Assembly: GCA_002344005.1 (NCBI GenBank)
Contig: DDTD01000046.1
Coordinates: 66,403-130,402, forward strand
From: Ignavibacteria bacterium UBA2373
GTDB taxonomy: Bacteria; Bacteroidota; Ignavibacteria; Kapaibacteriales; UBA961
Length of the DNA stretch: 64,000 bases
Direction: 5' to 3'
Shown here: piece by piece, positions 10,343 to 20,945 of the stretch
Position numbering within the stretch: the first letter of the stretch is position 1
How the letters are laid out: each line of letters opens with the position of its first letter
Translations under genes and position numbers: made by a program
Notes under the pieces: model-generated
Database searches by the model: none
Told to the model about the DNA's origin: nothing
The model's input: only the letters and a program-made list of their open reading frames with translations

Positions 10343-10392
10343 TATATCAAAAATTATTAGACTTATCTATTGTAAAAATTCACAATATTTAT

Positions 10393-11037
10393 TTACTCGA
10401 CAACTTCACGAGCTTTCTCAAGTGCTTGAGTATCAGCACCTTCTCTTGCAATAAAAAACTTATCTTGGGTCATATCAATGACTGTTGATTCGCCACTAAA
10501 TTCATACCATTCGGGTTCGATAACGGCATCTACATTTTTTTCATAGGCAAACAGTATATCCGTTGGATCAAAATAGTCTTCTATCAGAAGGTCATCATCA
10601 TTAAGACGCGCAGAAATGGAGATAATCGGCGATTGACAAGCATGGAGCAATGCTGTAGCAATCGCACTATCGGGAATACGGATACCGACGGTTTTTCTTT
10701 TTTCATCATGGACAAATTTGGGCACAGCACGTGAAGCCGGCAAAATAAACGTATAAGGTCCGGGAGTAAGTTTTCTTATAGCTTTAAATGCTGCATTTGA
10801 TACTTGTGCATAATTAGCTATTGACTGAAGATTTTCACATAAGAATGTAAGAGGTTTCTTATCGGAAATCTTGCGCAATCGTCGAATTCGTTCGATAGCG
10901 GATTTATTAGCTAATCCACATCCTAAAGCAAATCCTGTATCGGTCGGATATAAGAGCAACGCACCTTTATGGACAAGGCGCGCTGCTTCTTCGATTTTAT
11001 ATCTTTCGGGCGTTATGGGATGTATTCGTAGAATCAT
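10393..11037 (-). CDS. tsaC: L-threonylcarbamoyladenylate synthase (YrdC/TsaC family)
   Basis: YrdC-domain signature LLYPTDTGFALGC, KISDKKPLTFL; 214 aa, single domain. Confidence 0.7.
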   Translation of the reverse strand: MILRIHPITPERYKIEEAARLVHKGALLLYPTDTGFALGCGLANKSAIERIRRLRKISDKKPLTFLCENLQSIANYAQVSNAAFKAIRKLTPGPYTFILPASRAVPKFVHDEKRKTVGIRIPDSAIATALLHACQSPIISISARLNDDDLLIEDYFDPTDILFAYEKNVDAVIEPEWYEFSGESTVIDMTQDKFFIAREGADTQALEKAREVVE

Positions 11038-11043
11038 ATTTAT

Positions 11044-12432
11044 TTACATATTCGGTCCGAGCATATCTTCCGGTCTTACCCATTCATCAAATTGCTCGGC
11101 AGTCAAAAGTCCCAATGCTAATGCAGCTTCTTTAAGAGTCGTATTATTTTTATGGGCATATTTGGCAATTTTTGCTGCATTATCATAGCCTATATGTGTA
11201 TTGAGTGCTGTCACTAACATAAGCGTGTTTTGATTGTAATACTCCAATTTATCCACAACCGGTTCAATACCAACGGCACAATGTTCATTGAACATAATGC
11301 AAGCATCCGCAAGCAATCGCACGCTTTGTAAATAATTATAAATCATCACGGGTTTAAACACATTTAACTCAAAATTACCCTGCGATCCGGCAAAATTGAT
11401 TGTAGCATCATTACCCATTACTTGAGCAACGACCATTGTCATTGCTTCTGATTGTGTTGGATTCACTTTACCGGGCATAATGGAAGAACCGGGCTCATTT
11501 TCGGGAATGGTAATTTCTCCAAGACCACAGCGTGGACCGGATGCCATCCAACGAATATCATTGGCAATTTTCATCAATGAAGCAGCCAAAGTCTTGATAG
11601 CTCCGTGAGCAAATACGATTGCATCGTGGGCAGCTAGGGCTTCAAATTTATTTGGCGCAGTGATAAACGGAATACCTGTCAGCTCCGCAATTTTTGCTGC
11701 TCCCCTTACTGCAAATTCGGGATGAGTATTCAACCCCGTACCCACTGCTGTACCGCCAAGTGCAAGTTCCAACAATCCGCCGAGAACCAAGTTAATTCTT
11801 TGTATATCATTCGTCAATTGCTGAACATAACCCGAGAATTCTTGCCCCAAAGAAATTGGTGTGGCATCCATAAGATGCGTACGACCACTTTTTATATACG
11901 AAGCAAAATCTTTCGATTTTTGTGCTAATGTGTCTCGCAACTGTACAACAGCAGGTAATAGGTGATGGAGAGTTTGCTCAGCTGCAGCAATGTGCATGGC
12001 GGTAGGAAATGTATCATTCGAGCTTTGGCTTTTGTTCACATCATCATTAGGGTGAACAGGCTTTTTCGACCCCATTTCTCCTCCGGCTATCTCTATTGCT
12101 CTATTGGAAATAACTTCATTCGTATTCATATTGGTTTGCGTACCCGAGCCTGTTTGCCATATCGAAAGCGGGAAATGAGCATCCAGCGTACCGGCAATAA
12201 CTTCATCTGCAGCTTGCGCTATACGCTGCGCTTTCTCATCCGACAAAAGTCCTAACTCATTATTGACAAGGGCAGCAGCTTTCTTCAATATTCCCAAAGC
12301 GCGTATCAGTTCACGAGGCATACGCTCATTACCTATTGCAAAATGGATAAGAGACCGAGCTGTTTGAGCACCATAGTATTGATTGGAAGGAACTTCGATA
12401 CTTCCCATTGAATCTGTTTCTATTCTAAACAT
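11044..12432 (-). CDS. fumC: Fumarate hydratase class II
   Basis: Lyase-1 signature [35 protein letters not shown]-terminus [15 protein letters not shown]; 462 aa. The TQSEAMTM context after the signature favours FumC over AspA. Confidence 0.8.
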   Translation of the reverse strand: MFRIETDSMGSIEVPSNQYYGAQTARSLIHFAIGNERMPRELIRALGILKKAAALVNNELGLLSDEKAQRIAQAADEVIAGTLDAHFPLSIWQTGSGTQTNMNTNEVISNRAIEIAGGEMGSKKPVHPNDDVNKSQSSNDTFPTAMHIAAAEQTLHHLLPAVVQLRDTLAQKSKDFASYIKSGRTHLMDATPISLGQEFSGYVQQLTNDIQRINLVLGGLLELALGGTAVGTGLNTHPEFAVRGAAKIAELTGIPFITAPNKFEALAAHDAIVFAHGAIKTLAASLMKIANDIRWMASGPRCGLGEITIPENEPGSSIMPGKVNPTQSEAMTMVVAQVMGNDATINFAGSQGNFELNVFKPVMIYNYLQSVRLLADACIMFNEHCAVGIEPVVDKLEYYNQNTLMLVTALNTHIGYDNAAKIAKYAHKNNTTLKEAALALGLLTAEQFDEWVRPEDMLGPNM

Positions 12433-12787
12433 CGTGTTATGATAAAAATGGTTGATGAATGATTATTTGCAAAATTACGGAAGACTGAGGAATAACTTCT
12501 ACGTACTTTCAAACACCACACAAACACAATAAAAATTAAGCTTTTACTACAAAAACGCTTCAAAACCCACTTTTTAAGATAAGTTTTACACAAAAACGAA
12601 ATAAAATTTGCATCTTTTGAAGAAATTTTGTAAGTTTGAAATGAAGAAGGAGAAAGTAAAACACTAATTTTAATAGTGCTTAACAATCTTTCAGGGTTTA
12701 GATTCGGCATACTTAGTTTGAAAAAGACAAAGATACTTACACCCACTTGGGTTTTTTTATTCACATTTTCATTAGAAAGGGACTTCG

Positions 12788-12952
12788 ATGAAACGCGAAT
12801 TCCAAACTTTAACAGCTGCTGAAATGACAGCAATCGTCGGTGGTACAACTGCGACAATCGTTGAAACAAGTTCACCTGATGCACCGGGCATCTATGATTT
12901 ATATATGGATTGGGGCTGGAGATCAGATCCCGTTGATCCTTCTAAAAAATAA
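12788..12952 (+). CDS. Double-glycine (GG) leader peptide precursor, 54 aa: leader MKREFQTLTAAEMTAIVGG plus 35-aa Cys-free acidic Trp-containing core
   Basis: Not in the ORF track (<60 aa). ATG at 12788 follows an AAAGGGA RBS. The leader matches the GG-leader consensus at every key position (F-15, L-12, E-8, M-7, I-4, G-2, G-1). The gene has its own downstream terminator. The matching C39-ABC/HlyD exporter lies at 2.7-6.1 kb. Confidence 0.65.
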   Translation: MKREFQTLTAAEMTAIVGGTTATIVETSSPDAPGIYDLYMDWGWRSDPVDPSKK

Positions 12953-12971
12953 TCATAACAAAACAAAAAAA

Positions 12972-13000
12972 CCTCATTGAAAACAATGAGGTTTTTTTTT
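12972..13000 (+). terminator. Rho-independent terminator of the GG-peptide gene
   Basis: Stem CCTCATTG / CAATGAGG with loop AAAA, followed by a T9 run. Confidence 0.7.
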
Positions 13001-13032
13001 GGCACTGACCGAGCTAAGGTTATGTTTTCAAC

Positions 13033-13066
13033 AAAAAAAAACCTCTGCCGACATAGTCAACAGAGG
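13033..13066 (-). terminator. Rho-independent terminator for rpsU
   Basis: Stem CCTCTG / CAGAGG preceded on the plus strand by an A9 run (T-run on the minus strand), just downstream of the rpsU stop. Confidence 0.55.
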
Positions 13067-13093
13067 TATAAGCAAACGCAATGAATCGAGGAA

Positions 13094-13288
13094 CTATTCT
13101 TGTTCCATTGTTGCACGATGCTGGCGACGAACCGCTTTCATGTGCGACATACGCTTTTCAATAGATGGCTTTAAATAATACGTACGTTTTTTGTACTCAC
13201 GAAGTACGCCGCTGCGTTCGTACTTTTTTTTGAACCGACGAAGAGCGCGGTCAATGTTTTCATTCGATTGAATTGTCACACCTATCAT
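13094..13288 (-). CDS. rpsU: 30S ribosomal protein S21
   Basis: 64 aa, basic; matches S21 throughout (VTIQSNENIDRALRRFKKK...MKAVRRQHR). Confidence 0.9.
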   Translation of the reverse strand: MIGVTIQSNENIDRALRRFKKKYERSGVLREYKKRTYYLKPSIEKRMSHMKAVRRQHRATMEQE

Positions 13289-13321
13289 GGTGATAAGACC
13301 TTTAGTTTATGATGTTAAAAA

Positions 13322-13729
13322 TTAAATTGTTAGCTTTTCAATGAGTCGTTTCTCTTTATTTTTTTCAAACTGAACTATAATCGCCTGCGCTCCGTTTGAA
13401 GTCATATCTTTGCCGGTAATAATACCGATATCGTCCCACATTTTGTGATAGATAATCTCACCAACCTGATACTCATCTCTCGGACTATATGGTATAGAGT
13501 CATCTTTAGATATTGGCACAATAACTGCCGATTTATCTTGTCGTGCTTCTAAAGCGTCCAAATCAATCATTTGGGAGTGTCTGCTCACCGTGCATCGTGC
13601 CCATTGACGGCGATTACCGGTTTCAGTCACCATCGGCTCACCAATGAGTTCATGCTTGGTTTCTCGCATTAAAAACGGCGAGTATAATTTGAGATACTTG
13701 ACCTTTTTTGCGCGTCGAACACGTGCCAT
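13322..13729 (-). CDS. Hypothetical protein (135 aa, basic N-terminus)
   Basis: Clean ORF between rpsU and the ccp terminator; no recognisable motif. Confidence 0.4.
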   Translation of the reverse strand: MARVRRAKKVKYLKLYSPFLMRETKHELIGEPMVTETGNRRQWARCTVSRHSQMIDLDALEARQDKSAVIVPISKDDSIPYSPRDEYQVGEIIYHKMWDDIGIITGKDMTSNGAQAIIVQFEKNKEKRLIEKLTI

Positions 13730-13779
13730 GTTTATCCTTTCGTCGTGGGTGTGTAAGTGGACGAACTTTTCCGAAAGTG

Positions 13780-13821
13780 CAAAAATACAAAAAAATAGTC
13801 TTTCAGCAATTCTTAAAGACT
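13780..13821 (-). terminator. Rho-independent terminator downstream of the cytochrome c peroxidase gene
   Basis: Stem AGTCTTT / AAAGACT preceded on the plus strand by an A-rich run (13780-13796), which is a T-run on the minus strand. Confidence 0.5.
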
Positions 13822-13889
13822 GATTTGTGCGCAGGTAAGCACCCTCTACTTACATAGTTGGCACAGCTACGGAGGAGTATTATGTGTTT

Positions 13890-14951
13890 TCAGGGCTTCT
13901 TAAATTCTTTCCTTTTCAAGAGAGTCTCGTCTGTTAATGTATGGAGAAAAGCAACAAGTGCTTGTTTATCATCACTGCTTAACTTAAGAGGAACAATACG
14001 TTTATCTTTATTCACAAAGGCTTTTCCTCCATGGTCATAATGCTCTATGACTTCTTCCAACGTCGCTACACTGCCATCGTGCATATAAGGAGCTGTAACT
14101 CCACAGTTACGCAAGGTTGGTGTCTTAAATGTTCCAACATCTTTAGCTTGATTGGTAACCAAAGCTCTGCCTTTATCATAATAATGAAGATACAACCCTG
14201 TGGAATGAAATTTGTCATCAGTGAAATTGAAACCATTATGACACGATGCACATTGTGTTTGCTCACTGAAAAATAAATCTCGACCTCTTAGCTCCATCAT
14301 TGTCAATGCCGAAGTTTGTCCTTGGAGAAAGCGGTCATAGCGCGAATCGCCCGATAACACAATACGCACAAATGAAGCAAGTGCTTTGATGGCAAGACGT
14401 GAATTCGGCAGAGAATCTTTGCCGAATGCCGTACTAAATTGTGTCTTGTAATAGCTGTCAGCTTGTAAGATTTCGGTTACCTTACCCTCATCCGCATACA
14501 TCTCGACAGGGCTGAATAATGCACCATGTATCTGTTCTTCTAATGTAGAAGCTCTGCCATCAAAGAAAAATGCAGTTTGATAACTCGTATTAACAATTGT
14601 TGGTGAATTGCGCCCTCCATGTTCTCCATTGACTCCCCTGCTCACCGGCAAACCATCCGTAAAAGCCAGCTCTTGCTTATGACAATCAACACAAGCAAGC
14701 GTTTGATCTAATGATAGTCGTTTATCATAAAACAAATGTCTGCCAAGTTCAATTTTCTCCAAAGTCAAAGGATTGTCTTGTGGCGCAGGAATAGCAGGAA
14801 AACCAAACGGCACATCCATAACAGACGGTTGTTTAGTATCAGGTACAGCCGTTTCACTGCCGCATGAAATGAACACGGCACATGCAACAACACTAGAAAA
14901 TCTTACTAGTGTGTTACGATAACAATATGCGGATTTTGTCAAGAAATTCAT
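13890..14951 (-). CDS. Di-heme cytochrome c peroxidase (CCP/MauG family), lipoprotein-type signal
   Basis: Two CxxCH heme motifs (CVDCH, CASCH), conserved PTLRN and MHDG segments, signal/lipobox-like N-terminus. The annotated start overlaps the thyX 3' end by 38 nt, so the true start may lie downstream. Confidence 0.8.
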   Translation of the reverse strand: MNFLTKSAYCYRNTLVRFSSVVACAVFISCGSETAVPDTKQPSVMDVPFGFPAIPAPQDNPLTLEKIELGRHLFYDKRLSLDQTLACVDCHKQELAFTDGLPVSRGVNGEHGGRNSPTIVNTSYQTAFFFDGRASTLEEQIHGALFSPVEMYADEGKVTEILQADSYYKTQFSTAFGKDSLPNSRLAIKALASFVRIVLSGDSRYDRFLQGQTSALTMMELRGRDLFFSEQTQCASCHNGFNFTDDKFHSTGLYLHYYDKGRALVTNQAKDVGTFKTPTLRNCGVTAPYMHDGSVATLEEVIEHYDHGGKAFVNKDKRIVPLKLSSDDKQALVAFLHTLTDETLLKRKEFKKP

Positions 14952-15747
14952 TTTGCTCTCGCTTTTTAAGTCCGATTTCTTCCATTGTTATTTCCGAAGG
15001 TACGGAGCCATTAAGCATAGTTTTCAAAACTTGTAATTCAACTTTGGATAGTTTTACCGAACCTAACATATAATCTTCAAATGCTTCATAAGCCACGGGG
15101 ACTATTGCCTTCACTATATCAGCCATTGCTTCTGCGTACACCCTTATTTCATATTGCGCATGAGCATCAAGTCGTAAGCGAAGGAAATGGAATAAATTAT
15201 GCAAATCAACTTTCCAATACCATTCCGTATAATTCGATACAGGCAATACAATACGTGCAATCTCGCGTGCGACACCTTTTTCTAAAAGTGCTTCATAATG
15301 TGCGTAGGATGTATCGGCATGTTGCTGAAATGATGACAATATATCCATTGCCTCATTGGTATCGAATCCCTCTTCGGAACGCCCCTGTTTATTGGTGACG
15401 CTTTGCTTACGCAATTGCTGTTCATGAGGAGTATAGAACTCATCCTTCATCTCGGAATAACGACCGCTGTATTCATTCACATTCGCTGTACGATGACGTA
15501 TCCATTGACGTGCAACAAATATGGGTAACTTCACATGAAACTTAAACTCCACCATCTCAAATGGGGTTGTATGCTGATGGCGCATCAAATAACGAATAAG
15601 ACCTCTGTCTTCATGGACTTTCTTTGTGCCGGTGCCATACGATACTCGCGCAGCTTGCACTATCGAGTCATCATTACCCATGACATCAACAAGGCGCACA
15701 AACCCTTTATCTAAACATCTAAACTCTTTACCAACTAAATCTTGCAT
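14914..15747 (-). CDS. thyX: Flavin-dependent thymidylate synthase
   Basis: ThyX signature RHRTANVNEYSGRYS (RHRxxxxxxxSxR); 277 aa. Confidence 0.85.
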   Translation of the reverse strand: MQDLVGKEFRCLDKGFVRLVDVMGNDDSIVQAARVSYGTGTKKVHEDRGLIRYLMRHQHTTPFEMVEFKFHVKLPIFVARQWIRHRTANVNEYSGRYSEMKDEFYTPHEQQLRKQSVTNKQGRSEEGFDTNEAMDILSSFQQHADTSYAHYEALLEKGVAREIARIVLPVSNYTEWYWKVDLHNLFHFLRLRLDAHAQYEIRVYAEAMADIVKAIVPVAYEAFEDYMLGSVKLSKVELQVLKTMLNGSVPSEITMEEIGLKKREQNEFLDKIRILLS

Positions 15748-15794
15748 CGCTTTTACTATTATCTATTCTAAAAGTTATTGGACAAAAATACGTA

Positions 15795-16874
15795 CTATCG
15801 GCTTGAAGACAACTGTTTTTTATCTTCGATTTTTTGGTGAAGCATTCTAATTTTTGCTTCATATTCCTCACATAATTCCGGTTTGGAGCGTGCAAGTTGC
15901 TGATATACCTTAACTGCCAAAGCATACGCTCCTTGTGACTCATAAATTTTTGCAACCGTTTCTGTGGCTGTAGAAACTATTTCATTACCCGAACTTGATG
16001 TCGGCACATGTTCTTCATGAACAATAGAAATTCTGGCTTTTTCTAAACGCGCTGCAAGCTCTTCAAGAGGAGTTTTATTCTTTACTTTTTGACTAATTAA
16101 TCGTGGGGCAAATTGCCTAAACGGAGGCAAGGGAGGTAAACTGCCCCCTGATGATATGTGAGACACCCGACGCTTCATCATCGGCGCAAAATGCAATCCC
16201 GGTATTAAACCCACGCTCGAAGCACGTATCATCACCTTATCAACGCTATCGGCTGAGTCCATAACTCGCAAAGGAGGATATGAAGTTCGTGTAGGCAAAG
16301 AAGTCTCTGCAACAATGGTTTCTGTCTTGTTTACATTCTCGAATGATATGGGTTCTGTATTATCTTCATACGCCGGCTCTGCTAATGCTCTATCCGGCGC
16401 AAACTCTTCTTCTAAGGCAGCAATATCTTGCTCACTATCCACAGACACAGATACCGCAGCAGCATCGTGATTATCCGCTTCAATCACCTCGATATCGAAT
16501 ATATCATCATGAGAATATGGTTCTTCTTGATTATCAATAGGTGGGGCATCTTCTGTCACCACCTCACCAATGACTGTAGGGAAATCATAAGACTCTTCCA
16601 CAATATTCGGACTATGGTGCTTCATCATCTGCGTATGTTCTGCGGATAAACGCATAAGGATACGATTGGCAGGCATGGCTACCAAACCACGATGCAGCAC
16701 CGACAAAGCATCGTCATACTGCTCAATCGCTATTAGCGAACGATACAATACCGCATAACCGGAAGCATATTCAGGATAAAGCTCCAATCCTTGACGACAT
16801 AATGCAGCAGCATCCGTGAACTGACCTGCGTCGTAAAGATCTTCGGCATCAAGTGCAAAAAGAGGTGTAATCAT
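15795..16874 (-). CDS. TPR-repeat protein with acidic central region
   Basis: N-terminal TPR-like helices (AALCRQGLELYPEYASGYAVLY...) and a C-terminal TPR-like segment (AYALAVKVYQQLARSKPE). Confidence 0.5.
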   Translation of the reverse strand: MITPLFALDAEDLYDAGQFTDAAALCRQGLELYPEYASGYAVLYRSLIAIEQYDDALSVLHRGLVAMPANRILMRLSAEHTQMMKHHSPNIVEESYDFPTVIGEVVTEDAPPIDNQEEPYSHDDIFDIEVIEADNHDAAAVSVSVDSEQDIAALEEEFAPDRALAEPAYEDNTEPISFENVNKTETIVAETSLPTRTSYPPLRVMDSADSVDKVMIRASSVGLIPGLHFAPMMKRRVSHISSGGSLPPLPPFRQFAPRLISQKVKNKTPLEELAARLEKARISIVHEEHVPTSSSGNEIVSTATETVAKIYESQGAYALAVKVYQQLARSKPELCEEYEAKIRMLHQKIEDKKQLSSSR

Positions 16875-16943
16875 AGATATAAAAAAAACGGAGCCGAATA
16901 TTCTCCCGACCCCGTTTCTTAGAGTATAATCAAAAGAAAAAAA

Positions 16944-17645
16944 TTAACGACGGTCGCCGAAAAGGCGTAACAAATATATAAACAAATTGATGAAATCTAA
17001 ATAAAGGCGAAGCGCACCAAGAATACTCGCTTTGCGTGCAATTTCTGTTCCCATCATTTCTACTTCCCATTCTTCCTTGATTTTTTGTGTATCATAAGCC
17101 GTTAAACCAACGAATACCAAAACACCAATAACCGAAATGGCGAAATGTAAAGCGGAACTTGCCAAAAAGATATTCACCACACTTGCAATAATCAATCCGA
17201 TGACACCCATTATGAAAAAGCTGCCCATAGATGTCAAATCGCGCTTAGTGGTAAATCCATAGACACTCATGGCACCAAAGGTCGCCGCACATATAAAAAA
17301 TGTACTCGCTATAGACTCCGATGTGTAAATAGCTGCTAATGTGGCAAGCGTTAATCCATTCAATCCCGCATACAATAAAAATGTGCCCGATGCCATGGCG
17401 GAACTCATACGCTCTATTGCGCCCGATAGCCACATCACCAGCAATACCTGTACGCCAAAACCAACCCAGATAAGCCAACTGTTTTCAAAAAGAATGCTCC
17501 AATATGTTTCTGAAGTGACAGCCCAACCCGCCACTACACCGGTAAGTGCCAATCCACCTACCATCCATCCATACACCCGCGCCAAATAGGTTCTTTGCGC
17601 CTCTGCCAATGCAGACTGAACTTGTTGTACTTGCGTGTCCAACAT
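16944..17645 (-). CDS. Bax inhibitor-1/YccA family membrane protein
   Basis: Seven predicted TM helices; the N-terminal YLARVYGWMVGGLALTGV and overall pattern are typical of the BI-1/YccA family. A hairpin plus T-run terminator lies downstream at 16880-16920. Confidence 0.7.
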   Translation of the reverse strand: MLDTQVQQVQSALAEAQRTYLARVYGWMVGGLALTGVVAGWAVTSETYWSILFENSWLIWVGFGVQVLLVMWLSGAIERMSSAMASGTFLLYAGLNGLTLATLAAIYTSESIASTFFICAATFGAMSVYGFTTKRDLTSMGSFFIMGVIGLIIASVVNIFLASSALHFAISVIGVLVFVGLTAYDTQKIKEEWEVEMMGTEIARKASILGALRLYLDFINLFIYLLRLFGDRR

Positions 17646-17778
17646 ACGATTTTCTCCTAAAAAATAAATATGAGACGATAACTTTACTAATTACAACGAT
17701 ATTGTACTATGCAATATATGGTTTTTTACGATTTCCGCTGCCTTTCATTGTAAAACGAACAAACCGCCAACGCTCAAC

Positions 17779-18801
17779 TTAATGGATAACAACACACATA
17801 CGTGTTTGTTCTTCGCAATGAAGTGTATAGATGCCATTTGGTAAAGATTCCACCGATAATCGTGCAGAATTACCAAAGCGTTGTAAAGGTAATAGTGTTT
17901 TTTCGCCCGTCATTGTGACCACAGTTATTTCGTCACATGCTGTGTGCAAACCATCTATGGTAACAATATTGCTGCTCGGCTGCGGATACACAGATAAAGC
18001 AATTCTTTTATATTGTTCCTGTTCTTCAACAGAAACGGCTCCACTATTCACCATCAACGCTATCGTTTCTTCAAAAAACACATTCATCGTTTCCACATCC
18101 ATAAACCAAGGGTCAAATGTCGAGATTATGACATTCCCGCCGGACACTCCTTTTTTCATCCACATAGATTTCTTTCCGCCAAAGACATAATCCGACGGAC
18201 CCATACTATACAGTGGAATAATATCCTCACGAATATCACAAGCATCCGCATACCATAAATTGCCCGAAGTCCATGTCAGCGTATCAGTCACACTGCCTTT
18301 CGGAATATGGGCTGCAAGCAAAGGCAAGCCAATATCATTATCGTTTTTTTTGGATTCACCCACAAAACGCATTATACCAAAATATTCATAAGCATAATCC
18401 TCACTTGTAAACATTTTCGGAGCGTCGCCATAACGGTCTGACAAAAAATCATTACCCATAATCCACACATGAACACCGCGTTCCAACAAATTTGGAATCA
18501 TCACATTATCGGATTTAGTACCGTTCCACAATGCTGTTCCCACTGCTGTATTAGCACAATACCACACAACAATATCACCTTTATTCAAAGAATCAAACAC
18601 CGTTGGCGCATCCACTCCGGTAACAAACTCTTTAATTTCGGCTTGAGGCAAAGATTGCGCAGCAAGCGTCACGGCATTTTTCACTCGCGGATAATGATCC
18701 GGTTTCGAGTATGTGTCATCATCAACAAGAAGAATTCGTTGTCCCCATAAGTCAACACTGCATAAGTACATCAATGCACAAAACACAATACCTATTTTCA
18801 T
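17779..18801 (-). CDS. Secreted hypothetical protein with T9SS-type C-terminal sorting domain
   Basis: N-terminal signal peptide. C-terminal ~80 aa carry ALSVYPQPSSNIVTI...LPNGIYTLHC, resembling the Por/T9SS CTD (YPNP and GxY motifs). Confidence 0.5.
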   Translation of the reverse strand: MKIGIVFCALMYLCSVDLWGQRILLVDDDTYSKPDHYPRVKNAVTLAAQSLPQAEIKEFVTGVDAPTVFDSLNKGDIVVWYCANTAVGTALWNGTKSDNVMIPNLLERGVHVWIMGNDFLSDRYGDAPKMFTSEDYAYEYFGIMRFVGESKKNDNDIGLPLLAAHIPKGSVTDTLTWTSGNLWYADACDIREDIIPLYSMGPSDYVFGGKKSMWMKKGVSGGNVIISTFDPWFMDVETMNVFFEETIALMVNSGAVSVEEQEQYKRIALSVYPQPSSNIVTIDGLHTACDEITVVTMTGEKTLLPLQRFGNSARLSVESLPNGIYTLHCEEQTRMCVVIH

Positions 18802-18804
18802 AGA

Positions 18805-20274
18805 TTATGCCCCCCGAGCAATAGACAAAAATTCATCATAAAAAACAGAAGTAGCAATAATACCTTTTTCAAAATTCTCCAAAGAAAAATGTTCATCAGG
18901 TGAATGGGCATTTTCAGTATTAAGACCAAAACCCATCAATACTGTCGGTGCATTAAGTATGGTATCGAATAATAAACATACGGGAATAGAGCCACCTTCA
19001 CGACTCAACACAGGTTTTGCATTATAGGCATACTCTAATGCTTTTACCGCTGCTTTGACGCCATCGCTGTCACGGGGTGTCAAGGCAGGATCTGCTCCAT
19101 GCAAATTCGTCACTTTTACTTTCATCGTCGGTGGTGCAATAGTGCGTATATGCTCTTCAAACAAAGCAGCAATAGTATCCGTTTTCTGATGAGGCACTAA
19201 ACGCATGGAAATTTTTGCCGTTGCTTTTGATGGCAATACCGTTTTGGCTCCCTCACCGATAAAACCGCCCCATATACCATTCACATCCAAAGTGGGACGC
19301 GCACCGGTACGCTCATACGTCGAATAGCCAAATTCACCATACGTAGAAGAAATATCCAATTCATCGCAATATGCCTGATCATTATAGGGCAAACGTGCAA
19401 AATCCTCACGCTCCTCTTGTGTTAATGGCACAACATCACCATAAAAACCCGGAATAGTAATGCGTCCGAAACCGTCTTTCAACCGTGCAATAGTTTCTGC
19501 CAAAGCATTAATAGGATTATGCACGGCACCACCGAATGTGCCGGAATGTAAATCACGATTAGGACCCGTAAATTCCACTTCCATATAACAAAGACCACGC
19601 AGACCATAGACCAAAGAAGGTAAACCCGGAGCAAAAATCGGTGTGTCGGAAATCAGCACTGTATCGCAACGAAGCATCTCACGATATTCGTTCATAAACG
19701 GCTCTAAATTTGGGCTGCCTATCTCCTCTTCGCCCTCGATAAGCAATTTCACATTCACCGGCAAAGAACCGCGCTCGGCAAAAAGTGCTTCCAATGCTTT
19801 CAAATGCAAAAACACTTGCCCCTTATCATCCGTTGCCCCGCGAGCAAATACCTTACCATCACGAAACACAGGTTCAAAAGGAGGATTAGTCCATAAATGT
19901 AAGGGATCAACGGGCTGAACATCATAATGACCATAAAAAAGAACCGTCGGCGCATCAGCACCCGCACCAAGCCATTCGGCATAGACAATAGGATGACCCG
20001 GCGTGGGATATATTCTTGTTTCCGTCATGCCTATAGCACGGCAATGATCGGCTATCCATTCAGCACAGCGTTGCACATCCGCCGCATTCGACGGCTCAGT
20101 ACTGATACTTGGTATTGACAATAATTCCGTTAGCTCTTTCAACATCCGCTCTTTATTCTTTGCGATAAATGATTCTGTCATGGAAATATCCTTTGTAAAA
20201 CATGCAATAATATCAGCAAAAATAGCCACCACCACAGAAATACTGCCCAAATACCATTGATGAGTGAGTATCAA
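18805..20274 (-). CDS. M20-family metallopeptidase (dipeptidase/DapE-ArgE-like)
   Basis: HYDVQP, GATDDKG, EGEEEIGS and the dimerisation-domain pattern characteristic of peptidase M20; 489 aa. Confidence 0.75.
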   Translation of the reverse strand: MILTHQWYLGSISVVVAIFADIIACFTKDISMTESFIAKNKERMLKELTELLSIPSISTEPSNAADVQRCAEWIADHCRAIGMTETRIYPTPGHPIVYAEWLGAGADAPTVLFYGHYDVQPVDPLHLWTNPPFEPVFRDGKVFARGATDDKGQVFLHLKALEALFAERGSLPVNVKLLIEGEEEIGSPNLEPFMNEYREMLRCDTVLISDTPIFAPGLPSLVYGLRGLCYMEVEFTGPNRDLHSGTFGGAVHNPINALAETIARLKDGFGRITIPGFYGDVVPLTQEEREDFARLPYNDQAYCDELDISSTYGEFGYSTYERTGARPTLDVNGIWGGFIGEGAKTVLPSKATAKISMRLVPHQKTDTIAALFEEHIRTIAPPTMKVKVTNLHGADPALTPRDSDGVKAAVKALEYAYNAKPVLSREGGSIPVCLLFDTILNAPTVLMGFGLNTENAHSPDEHFSLENFEKGIIATSVFYDEFLSIARGA

Positions 20275-20330
20275 CTACCATTCACTTACTCCCTACTTGG
20301 GCAGCGACGTAACCAAAAAAACGCAATGGC

Positions 20331-20742
20331 TTAACTTCTATATCTCTCCCCTTTTCTTCTATGCTCGTCGGATTAACTTCTATATCAGTCGTCTCATTTG
20401 CTATGGCTTACTTTTTATCTTCTATGCTCGACGGCTCATTTTTTATACTCGTCGGATTAACTTCTATGCTCGACGGCTCACTTGCTATGGCTTGCTTTTT
20501 ATCTTCTATGCCTGTCGGATTAACTTCTATGCTCGTCGGATTAACTTCTATCTCAGTCTGCTCACTTTCTATGGCTGTCTGCTCATCTTCTATGCTCGTC
20601 GGATGACTTGCTATGGCTGTCGGATTAACTTCTATACCTGTCTGCTCAACTTCTATGCTCGACGGCTCATCGTCTATACTCGTCGGATGACTTACTATAT
20701 GCAGAACTTTATCATCTATGCGCAGAACTTGATCAACTATAC
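20331..20742. repeat. Tandem array of ~20 copies of a 21-bp unit (consensus TTCTATGCTCGTCGGATTAAC)
   Basis: The 21-bp periodicity is visible directly. The array is open as heptad-repeat ORFs on both strands (minus: SIEVNPT; plus: FYARRIN). Confidence 0.9.
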
Positions 20743-20945
20743 GTCCAGATGGTCTCATGCCGCGCCCAGATGGTCTTCTGCCGCGTCCAGATGGTCTCTC
20801 GCCGCGTCCAGATGCTCTCTCGCCGCATCCAGATGGTCTTTTGCCACGTCCAGATGGTCTCTCGCCGCATCCAGATGGTCTTCTGCCACGTCCAGATGGT
20901 CTTTTGCTGCGCCCAGATGGTCTCTCGCCGCATCCAGATGGTCAA
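20743..20945. repeat. Tandem array of ~10 copies of a second 21-bp unit (consensus CCAGATGGTCTCTCGCCGCGT)
   Basis: Abuts the first array directly. Open as PRPDGLL (plus) and DHLDAAR (minus) heptad ORFs. Followed by a Lys/Glu-rich ORF tail to 21179. Confidence 0.9.

Noticed and set aside
12420-12884. 154-aa minus-strand ORF in the fumC upstream region
   Set aside because: Low-complexity and AT-rich. It lies antisense to the GG-leader peptide gene and to the fumC promoter region, and its codon usage is unlike that of neighbouring genes.
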